This document shows, one piece after another, positions 25,731-36,900 of a stretch of 64,000 bases of DNA. The translations under genes were made by a program, and so were the position numbers. Every line of letters starts with the position of its first letter. Position 1 is the stretch's first letter. The notes under the pieces were generated by a model that worked only from the letters and a program-made list of their open reading frames with translations, was not told the origin of the DNA and ran no database searches. The DNA comes from Fimbriosthenelais zetlandica (taxonomy: Eukaryota): the NCBI GenBank assembly GCA_977030845.1, contig OZ365114.1, positions 17,546,001 to 17,610,000 of the forward strand, read 5' to 3'.

Positions 25731-26815
25731 AGTGTGGCATGATCGCGAAGTGATTTTGAAATAGGCCGCCATGTTTGTTGTGGTTAGGGGATCCCATCAT
25801 CTTGTCCGGCCAATTGGGCAATAACTCCACCTTTACTGCCAATTATCTTAAGTTTAGTGCCTATCGGTGACAGTGAAATCACAATATGGTTTATAGTATG
25901 GCCAAAACTAATCGACTCGCTTGTTTTGATGTGAGAAAATGCCCTTTTCTGTCCTGGGAAGGCATGATACTTTGCAAAGATGGAGCCGCCATTTTGTTTG
26001 GGGGTGTTGTAAATTTCAATGGAAAATTTCTTGGAAATGGAAATTTTTTTCCCCTATCCAACCACCAAAGACATGTTAGAGTACAACATAGGTGCATGCT
26101 ATTTATAGATTTTGGGCAAAATACATTTTTAAAATACACAATTTTAGATACCATTGGTCACCTCGGCAAATGACCCCGTCTATCCAATCAGGGCCGTCAA
26201 AATCCCGTCAAAATCAAAATCAGCCAATCAACGGGCTTCCCCCTCAATTCAACAGCTCCAGCTGGAGGGTTTTTCAATAAGTTTTGTAATAATATAACAC
26301 CACCTGTGGACATATAAAACTGTTTATTTATCATCCAATGATCGATAATAAACGTTCTACGTTCTATTATATACGCCACACATATTCTATCTGACGATGT
26401 TTGATAGAACCTAAACGTCAATTCGATAGGTCACCCGTTGTTATTATTAGGGGGGCTATGCCTAGGCCTATAATAATTATAAGGTAGGCCTACGTTAGAT
26501 TGTCTAATTCATTATCATTACCTTTATAGGTTACCAGTAGGCTTATACTATGTAGGCTAGATCGGGATAATTAAAGTAACAAAATAATTGATAAATTTGT
26601 CTTTGAACAATAATTAATGTTTATTGACAAATAACTAAGATTCATTGAAGGATTAACTAGACGTATTAATTTTGTTAAAGTACAAGAAAGAAAACATTAC
26701 ATTTTACATTACATTTTACATTTCTCATCTTCGTTTCAAAGCTTGTGTTTCATGGCTATTAGAATATTCTGAGGAACAACTGTGGGATGGGGCTCACTCT
26801 GGAGGTGACACATGA

Positions 26816-28299
26816 TTAAACTAATAAGAAAATTGATAGCATGATTAGAAGAAAGGCATTAATGGATGCCTGATAAATGTAACTGACAGATTTTGACGGT
26901 TCATTGCTTGTAATGTTTGTGCTGTTTGTAAAGTTATCAGAGGGCAGCGTGTCATTCATGCCATTGTTGTCAAACATGAAAGGGTTGTCCTGTTTTCTGA
27001 ACTGAAGGTTGATTTTGTAGTTATCAGAAAGAATGGTCGTGTCTCTTCGGACAAAAGTGATCAAGAGCTGATAGAGAGCTTCTTCTTTTCCTTCTTCGAT
27101 TTTGCAGATGTCGGAAGACTGCGAGACAGAACTTCCATTCAGAGGAACAATATGCTGGAAGAAACAATGTGAAAAATAGCATCCGTGTAATTACATCGAG
27201 TTTGAAGGAATATGTGGCAGTTAAATGTAAACAATGATAAGGTGATATGATGTAAAAGCCTAGTCCATTGATAGCAATCATTTTGTTATTTTTAGGTAAA
27301 TCTGTTTGTAAAGTACCTGTGTACTGAGCTTTATATCCCCTCCTGGAAGCTGGAGGATTCGGGCAGTGCTGGCCATCTCTTCAGCATCCCTTTTATTTCT
27401 ACCCTTTTCTCCTTCTTTCTCCTTCTCTAACTTTTCATCGTTCGATGAACTGCTAGAATTTGCTGATGAATTAAGAACCATCGTGGAATTCAGTATGGAC
27501 ATTCCAAACGAGACAGAGTAGCCATTTGCGTTACAACCATCCTCATTCCTATTGCAATAGGTCCAGTTGGATATGAAAAGTTCATATGTCACATCCCCAA
27601 CTGATAGGTTGCCACGTTGTTCTTGAAGTATTGCAACTTTGCACTGGAATAAAAGACAGCCAGACATTGATCAGTGCACTACTTACACTCAAGCATAGGA
27701 ATCGATTTAAAAATAGAAAAGTAACTTACTTCTAACATTGCTCCAGCACTGGAAACAGGGGTTGATAGTTGAATCACGGTGCATGCTGTCCCAGAACATT
27801 TCTCTTCAGTAACATTGGAGAGCACAAAGTTCTGCTTAGTTAATTTAGCCAGGCCATGAGTAGGTTCCCTCATCTCCCCCATCACTTCCCTGTCCATGTC
27901 CAGCTCATAGACATAATTCAAACTGAGACTTATAGGATGGTCAAAGACACCTTCAATATCCACTTTGCCAGACTTTCCTATGACCGTCACCTGATTGAAG
28001 ATAGGACAATTTGATGCGAAAACGGTGAAAACAAACTTTTAAAGGGAGTATTCTCTATGTATACTGTTTAGCAGCAACTACTCTCTACTCGTTTATACTT
28101 GGAGTGGGATTCAAGGTGATTAATTCTTGTCGTATTAACTGTTACTGTTTAACTCTCAAAAATGAGATCAAACTTCAAACTAATAATTGAGGGAAATACT
28201 GACCGTTGTTGTCTGGACTGTTGCAGAACTCTGATCCTCTGCTGCTTCCTTCAGATGCAGGGACACCAGAAACCAAAGAATGTTTAGAAGAATCATCAT
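26816..28299 (-). CDS. Secreted, probably GPI-anchored ~340 aa protein resembling coral SAARP/CARP4 (acidic skeletal organic matrix protein family)
   Basis: Exons 28299-28204, 27990-27730, 27643-27317 and 27154-26816, all phase 0 and GT-AG. Signal peptide MMILLNILWFLVSLHLKEAA; motifs VIGKSGK, HGLAKLTKQNFVLSNV, IQLSTPV, YELFISNWTYC-x6-C; many N-x-S/T sequons; hydrophobic C-terminus NAFLLIMLSIFLLV*. The gene model is firm; the family assignment is from remembered motifs. Confidence 0.8.
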
Positions 28300-29400
28300 A
28301 AACTTTTATCGCTTCCTAAAGGCTTAATTGTGAGCCTCAGAATACAGCAATGAATGTATAGATTCCAATGAAGGTATAGATTGTAATTTTATTTGTTTTC
28401 CTATGTTTGACGTCATCGATGTATGTGCCCAACACGACAGGTGTAGGCATATATGATGAAGTCATCTCGAGTGATGTTCAGGTGTGCCAAGTACTGGCGT
28501 TGTTCGAACGGCAATTTCACGATTCCAATTGCAATTTTTTCTCAGTGAAGGCTCTTTTCTGTCTTTCATCTCCTTTTCGTCTTAATTGAATATAATTGAA
28601 AAATTTAAAGATAAGGTCAGACCTCATTAAACTAGTTTAATGTGATCCTGGGTGTCCCTAATCACGTCAAAAGTCGGCGCCGATCACTTGACGTCATTTT
28701 AACGTTCATTGGTCCGATTATCTGAACAGATTTTTAATTTGCTCTTGATTGCCTGTGATCGCCTATGATCGGAAATGACTCGAACATGACCATTTCTGTT
28801 GATCTCAACGCCACACATAATATGGATTCTGCACTTTGTTTATTTGGTTTTCATACACAATGGGGGAAATGTTATGATGCTGTATAAATTTCATACTTAG
28901 AATATACATGTCCAGAGCTTAACGACAAAATTTCTATCATCTTTAGTAAAGTATTGTGCTACATAGATACTTTATTACTATTTTACTCTAATATTATTGA
29001 CTAATAATTATCATTATTAAATATCACTAATTAAACTAATAATAAAAGTTTGTGTTACATAATTCCAATATGTCGGGGCATCATTCTGTCCTCAAAGGAG
29101 AAATTCCGAGGTCATCCGAAATCCTGTTCAGGCAAAAGGTGAACTTGATGGGGCGTATCGGAGCTAAAAAAAATGGCGACGCATTTATATGTTAGCATTA
29201 CAATGATAAACAATCCAAGAAAACCCCCATGAGCTGTCCCTCTTAGTCATGTTAAAAGCATTGGTTATAGTATTTTTGAAGGGCAAACTAGGGACACGCC
29301 GGTTCATGGTCTGATTCAGTTATTTGAACGTCCATCCATTTATGGTAACTCCAACTTTTTGGAGCCATCATTTTCCTTCTTGAAGAGCCAATTAATGTAT

Positions 29401-30994
29401 TCAGTCACGAGTTGAAGGGAAGGTGAGGACATTCCGTATTATACTCCTGGCTGGACCAGGGCCGCTACTGTCAGTAAAAATGGCTCCTCGAGCTCGGCCC
29501 TCATCGAATCTGTCATGCCTCACAACACAATCAATGACCCCAACAGTGATCGGTTCTGTCTGATCGCGATAATATGTTTCCGTGTTGTACTGAATGACAC
29601 AAGCACCAGCCTCGTTCGTCCCAAGGATATCTTTCTTGACGACTGAGCCAGTACAGGTATCAGTACATAAGTCATCATTAGGACGAAAGATGTAATGACC
29701 CCAGAGAACAATTGAACCTGCTGGGATAGTACCAGTGAAAGCACCAGTGGCTTCGTAATCTTCCCCAAAAAAGATCCACCAACCAACATCAGTAATTGGC
29801 GTGTTGTATAGTTGGGCCTGGCAGAAGACATTCTTGGCTACACTGGCTGTGTAAACTCTGTAGCGAGTGCCTGTGACATAAATGGCACGAAGAACAACAC
29901 CTCCTGGTTCAGTGCCAGGTAAAACGTGTGGGCCACCAAGCAACTCTGGATCAGACAGATGGGTGAAGTCTATCCCATATTGAAAAACAAAATTGTCCAA
30001 GGCTTGACGGCCCAGATCAATTACTTTATCCGAATCAAAACCGGCTTCCTCATACATCTGCAGGAAGATTGTTGGATCAGTGAGAAAATTTGCAGGCCCG
30101 TCAGCAATGAATGTGAGGGTCCGTTCATAGCAAGGGACATCTTCATCCTGACAGGGATAACACTTGCTAGCTTCAGCCTTTAAGCTAAAGTCAAATAATA
30201 CCAGCAGGAATCTGAAATTCAAAAGGAGGAATTAGTTATTTACAGTCAGTATATCCAGTCTAATAGATAAAAGAGAGGTATTCTTGAGGGAGACAATATG
30301 TTATGGCGATCTCTTCATTATGCATTATGGCGCGCCGTTATATTTGTTCATCAATGTACATACTTATGCCTACCATCATGCGTGTATAATACGCATGTCC
30401 TGCTTCCGTTTAGACTGCCTCACCTCAATGGATCTCAAGCACCAACTTTAGCACTCGTTGGTTGTAATGTAGAGTTTACTGTGACCTCTTTAATAATACC
30501 ATGAGAGATATAATGCACTACTTAATCAGTTACCACATTTTAATTGCTCTGTTCATTGCTGTATCTAGTCTATCTAATTGATATGAAGAGACAATTAATA
30601 AGAGGGAGATCGCGTGGAGCAAAGGGATACACCGAGAGCTACTTAACCATACTTTATCAACTCCTAAAACCATAGACCTATGCCTAAAACATAACATTTG
30701 GAGCATAAAAGTAAATACTTCACTGCCATAATTCAATGGTTGAGTGAGTATACAAAACATTGCCATACCTTCACCCTATAGTTTAAGAAACTCTAAACAC
30801 CTTTCCAAAAGGAATTCCATTATAATTCTATTTCAGGTTAATACATACACGGGCATCTTCGTAGCCTTATATATTTGAGCGCCAAATAAAACTCTAAAAT
30901 CCAGGCTTATATCAATAAAAGGCCTTCCGAAGCAAAAATATAATAACGCACATAATAATGAGAGTCTTAATACTTACAATATCAAATCTTTCAT
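29401..30994 (-). CDS. Uncharacterised secreted protein, 275 aa (intact copy A)
   Basis: Exon 1 is 30994-30978 (ATG AAA GAT TTG ATA TT|gtaagt); exon 2 is 30211-29401 after a tttcag acceptor. Protein MKDLILFLLVLFDFSLKAEASKCYPCQD...QYGIDF...YRVYTAS...DVGWWIF...WGHYIF...IIRNVLTFPSTRD*. Signal peptide present; the mature domain lies in one exon. Confidence 0.9.
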
Positions 30995-31194
30995 GGTTCC
31001 GATAAAAAGACAAAAGCAGAACTTTCGCTCTCCTTTTTCCGACTCTCACTAGTCTCGGTCAGGAGGTAACTAAACGGTAGAACGACTATAACCCAGGGGT
31101 TCACTGGTATAATATCTACCCCCGAATTTTTATGGTGTGTGTGTGGGGGGGGGGGGGGGGGGGTTACTAAAGAGTTAGAATTAGGAGCTATTAG

Positions 31195-31525
31195 GGCGTG
31201 AACGGCGAAGATGTCGAAGGGTTGATGCATGAGAAGATTTTAAAATTGTATAAAACCGTTCATTCCACACTTCATCCATCTCGCTTTGACATACACGCGG
31301 AATTCTGGAACGGAATAAAATTGTAAATATCTATATAGGATGGCACCAAGCTGCAATCAATATTCTTTTGTAAATTTGGAGTAAACAGATTTGACAAATT
31401 TCTTCCACAGAGCAAACCCAAAAACTTGATTTGAAGAACATCTCAGGAACGAATGCCCAATTGCATCTATCACTGAAGTCTCTCCCAAGTTTAGTTTGAA
31501 TGGAGGTGACTGAGGTCCGAAATAA
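31195..31525 (-). pseudogene. Deleted duplicate of the 3' end of the glutamate receptor gene
   Basis: Co-linear matches to about 33870-33940, 34135-34277 and 34337-34447 (e.g. ttgatttgaagaacatctcaggaacgaatgcccaattgcatctatcac versus ctgatttgaaaaacatctcaggaatgaatgcccaattgcatctatcac). The TM4 segment and one donor region are deleted. Confidence 0.9.
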
Positions 31526-32075
31526 TGTTACCAGTTTAATTCTGCACTTTGTTTATTTGGTTTTCATACATAATGGGAGAAATGTTATGATGCTTATCAT
31601 CATCTGTATTAAAGTATTGAGCTAAATAGATACTGTTTTACTATTTTACTACAACATTAAACATGATTAAAGTCTGTGCTATATGTAATATTGTTATGGT
31701 AGTTCCAATATGTTGGGGCATCATTCTGTCTTCAAATGGGAGATTTAGAGAGGATCTGAAATCCTGTTCTGGAAGGGAACCACATGTATCGGATTCATGT
31801 TCTTAGTCTATTATATCATGGCTAATTTTGACTTACAAATGGCCACGCATTTATATGTTAGCATTACACTGATTAACCCAAGAAAACCCTCATCAGCTGG
31901 CCAGCACCTCTTAAAGTCATGTTAAAAGCATTGCTTTGAGTTTTAGGTTTGAAGGGATAACTATAGGAGCACGCCAATCCATGGTCTGATTCACTTATTT
32001 GAACCTCCGTCGTCTTTTCGTGAGTGGTAGCTCCACTCTGTGGAATCTTCTTCTTTCTTGAAGAGCTACTGATAT

Positions 32076-33441
32076 TCAGTCACGAATAGAAGGGAAGGTG
32101 AGGACGCTGTGTATTATAGTCCTTGCTGGACCAGGGCCGCTACTGTCAGTAAAGACAGTTCCTCGAGCTCGTCCCTCCTTGAATCTGTCATGCCTCACAA
32201 CACAATCAATGACCCCAACAGTGACCGGTTCTGTCTGTTCGCGTTAATAGGTTTCCGTGTTGTACTGAATGACTACAGCACCAGCCTCGTTTGTCCCAAG
32301 GATGTCTTTCTTGACGACTGAGCCAGTACAGGTATCAGTACATAAGTCATCATTAGGACGAAAGATGTAATGACCCCAGAGAACAATTGAACCTGCTGGG
32401 ATAGTACCAGTGAAAGCACCAGTGGCTTCGTAATCTTCCCCAAAAAAGATCCACCAACCAACATCAGTAATTGGCGTGTTGTACAGTTGGGCCTGGCAGA
32501 AGGCGTTCTTGGCTACACTGGCTGTGTAAACTCTGTAGCGAGCATCTGTGACATAAAGGGCACGAAGAACAACACCTTCTGGTTCAGTACCAGGTAAAAT
32601 GTGTGGGCCACCAAGCAACTCTGGATCAGACAGATGGGTGAAGTCTATTCCATACTGAAAAACAAAATTGTCCAAGGCTTGACGGCCCAGATCAATTACT
32701 TTAGCCGAATCAAATCCAGCCGCCTCTTCATACATCTGCAGGAAGATTGTTGGATCAGTGACTAAATTTGCAAATCCATCATCAATGAACGTGAGGGTCC
32801 GTTCATAGAAGGGGAAATCTTCATCCTGACAGGGATAACACTTGCTAGCTTCAGCATAAAGCTAAAGTCAAGCAGTGCCAGCAGGAATTAAGTAATTACG
32901 CCCAGTTTATTAACCATACTTCCAGACTGCTTGGGTCGTAGGGTGTCAAGGTTGACTGTTTAATGGAGGGAACACTCTTCCTCAAGTAATAAATGCATGG
33001 GATATTTGACCGAAAGATATTTTCAATTTTGGCTAATAAAAGGACATTGGTGTATTATGGGGACCCTTTTATCCATGCAGTATTAAAATAATAGTGATTA
33101 TAAAAGAGAAGTATTCAGTGAATCATATATGCATGGATCTTGTAGGCCTACTCATATCTTACTTGAGGCAATCTATTCATAATACGTTCTGGTGCGTCGT
33201 TATGTTCATTGTTTTCATTACACTATTACACCTTCGAAAAGTAATGCCATATTACAATTCGATTCCAGGTTAATACATAACCGGGCGTTATGTTCAATTA
33301 GAAGAAGGCCTAGGCTATATATTTTGAACGCCCGATAAAACTCTAAAATCTAGGCCTATATTAATAAAAGGCCTTCCAAAGCAATAGTATAATAACCCAA
33401 ATAATAATGAGTCTTAATACTTACAATATCAATTCCTTCAT
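32076..33441 (-). pseudogene. Pseudogene copy B of the secreted protein
   Basis: Exon 1 (33441-33425, MKELI) is intact. The exon-2 acceptor AG is lost near 32888, a 1-bp deletion falls in the signal-peptide codons (about 32855-32865), and a premature TAA (TAT to TAA) lies at 32246-32244. The ancestral stop is at 32078-32076. Confidence 0.88.
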
Positions 33442-33942
33442 GGCTCCGATAGAAAGACAAAAGCAGAACTTCCCCTTCCTTTCTCCAACTCTCGGTCAGA
33501 AGGTAACTATATAACCGGTAGAACAACTATAATCCGAGATCACCGTGGTCGTGGTCTATTTGTTGTACAAACACCTATATATCTACCCCCGAATTTATTG
33601 AGATAAGATTATAATTCTTGGGATTAACCTTTGGATCTAATCAGTTGAAAAAAAACCGGACGATATATAATTATATATGATTATTCTGATGAGTTTAATC
33701 TCCAAGTAAAGTGAAAGATTTTTGTATGCATGACTATCTTGACCGTATAGCCAAATATTATATACATTACCGATACCAAACTGAATGTCAACTTTTTAAG
33801 GCAAGACAAGTCTTTTTATGGATGTACAAAGGGGAATGCGGGGGTCCAATAAGTGGAAAAGAGCTAGCAGGGCGTGACCGGCGAAAATATCGAAGTGATG
33901 CATGATGAGAACATTTTAAACATTTTATACATCAAAACCATA

Positions 33943-36900
33943 TTATTTGAAAAGCAAAATAACAGCTTTGCCTTTGTCCACCAAATGCTCCAGCATAAAA
34001 CAAAGAAGGGAAAGACCCAACCCAAATGCTGCAAGGAAAACAACAGCCAAAATGTCACGTAGAATAATGGGCTTGGCCTCTGAATTAACAGTTCCCTTTG
34101 TGATACCACAGAGATCATGTGTGAAAAACCTTTCCTTCCACACTTTATCCATCCCGCTTTGCCATACACGCAGAATTCTGGAATAGAATAAAAATGGTAA
34201 ATATCTATATCGGATGGCACCCAGCTACAATCAATATTTTATTTTGTAAATCGTTCACAGATTTGACAAATTTCTTTTAGATTTTTTTATTACTCACGCA
34301 TCATCAAATAATTCTTTGTAGGGAGAACCTTCAGGCAGAGCAAAGCCAAAGCCTGATTTGAAAAACATCTCAGGAATGAATGCCCAATTGCATCTATCAC
34401 CGTAGTCTCTCCCTAGTTTAGTTTGAATGGAGGTGAGGTCCGCAATAACAGCATATTTTCCAGGATCGCTGTCATTAAACATGCTTTTTAGGGCAATGGT
34501 CGTGGAAGACACTAAGGACTTATCACGTGTAGATTCAATTTTCTCCCACAAGTCTGCAAAGACACTGGCTTTGGATTCCTGGATGGCAGAATTAAATATA
34601 TGTACTAACATCTTATCAGCAATGATGAAAAATTGTATATGACCATAATACTGATATATAATTTACAGTCTAGGCTTTTATTATTATTATCTTCTACCTC
34701 AAAAAGTAGACGATGAACACTGCCTCCATTCAACATTATAGTATAGTCCGAATTATTTGCTAGGTCTCTCAAACTGTTGAGAGGTGGCACCACTGTCTTG
34801 ATAGACAGACTAGCTGTGAGGTTGGCACAATAGGTTGCTGCAAGGATGAGCATACCAAGCCAAACACTGGAGGAAACCAATCGACTAGCACGGGACAAAG
34901 GCAAATATCCAACATCTGCAAAGTCACAGCAAGACATTTTGTAATCATCTTTGAAAGTTATTTCAATAAAATTGAGAGTATATAATATTATAACAAAAAG
35001 CTTAGGGCTAATTAATGCAAAGAGAAAAGAAATGAACACTGTGACTCGCCTTGCCTCAGTCCAATGCCTAGAGTGAACCATGAATTTCGCTTCAGTGTAG
35101 AAGAATCAATGCAGGAAAGAACAGCACTTATTTTTTCTGATGTCTCATTTCCTGTGTTGTCTTGAGAAGCCATGTCTAATACGGTATATACAAATATCAG
35201 GACGAGTAATGTTATTCCGGTAGTAATCCAAACATCTGTCTGTAATAGAAGGAATTTCCACGTGTTAAAGGCATAAAATATGATACAAAATCCAAAAATA
35301 CAAAAGGTATCTTTATTTCCTCAGCGACTATCTAAACTGTATGTTAAACTTACGTCTAAGGGAGCAAAAGGATGAGACCAGTTAAAGTCATTCTCTATCC
35401 CTGTGACCAGGACCGCAGATTTTTCTTCCCATACTGGCAAGGTAAAATCCACGACTTCTTCTCTGTGCGACGTAATGGTCAATCCCGTAACTACCATATC
35501 TACCTCCTGAAGAAAATAAACAATTGACAGCTTAAAGGGACTGCTCGACAGCTCCATAAATAAAAGCCTGCATGGTAGCTTGCATGGCAAAAAAACTGTC
35601 TGCTATGGGGGTTTAAGTCCCCCCACCCCAACCCCCCAACACTGCCCTCAACTTCAGAGATGATTAAGTTTCTCAAATAGTAATCAGATAGTACAAACAT
35701 CCACAGTTTTCATCAGACGTTCCCTTCAATTTTCCCTTGCAGCATTACATCCCCTAATATTGTCAGTTTGTATTAGATTCCAGTTCATACCTGCCTATTC
35801 ATCATGCCAATGAGGCCATTCCACGAACCATCTGCTTCTTTCACACCAAATTTCCGGTCTACACTTCTCGTCAGGTCATAACTACCGGAAAAAAATAATA
35901 ATGACTAAAAGAAAGGATATACAATGTACATGTAATATTATTTGTACCGGGGTATCTATGCGCATAATTTAAATCTGATTGATATTATCAGTTTCAATTA
36001 ATAGAATAGAACAGAGGGGTATGATCCCTTGTGGGTTTGACAGTTGATTTTCCTCATTAGAAAAATTGATATGAAATTTACCTGAAATTAAGCATATCGC
36101 TTATCATTTCTAGAAACTCTATGCAGTAGCCACTGTATCGTCCGCCAGTCTGTCGTATGACGAAAGGGTTGTACTTAAAATGAAGCAGATTAATGTATTG
36201 GATGACTAGGCGCCTAGTAGTGAACCCCATGAATGAGCACAATTTATGGTTATAAATAACAAGGTAAAAATGTTGTAACGGATAGAAAAGGATGTACCTA
36301 AAATCAGTTCATGTCAAATATGGTGCCGTACAGTGTACGTAGGCCTATGTTTAATTCTGAGATGAAATTAAAGGAGGGGACCATCTGGGCAGAAGGACTG
36401 CATGCCAATACACACAGCTGAAGACGGGCACTTGTGTTACCCGTTTGACCAGATGCAACCCGATTATAGTTTGATAACTATGTCATGGCAAAATAATACT
36501 TGTTGATTGTAATATTAACTGCATCCTTCATGTGTAAACTGCAATTTGCACGTACGTGTGATTTGCATCGCAAAAGTGCACGGCCTGATCAGCACAGATC
36601 TTGTGACTTACTGTACACTACAGTTTCCAGGATTAGGGTTATATTAATTCAAGCTTAACCTTAGGGGTTAGGTTAGCTTTAACCCTGAAAATAGGGGGCG
36701 CATATCATGGCATAAAGATTGACTCATTACGTCTTTAAATTATACCAAATTATTTTTCGTATAATGCATTAAGCCATGTGAGATAGATCTTTTGTTTGGT
36801 ATAGGGTATGATGGCATATTACCGGTTCTGTAGCTATATGTAGGTGGATTCCTCGAAGGTCCGTGACTTTCTCATTAAATATCTGTGCATTTCCATGATA

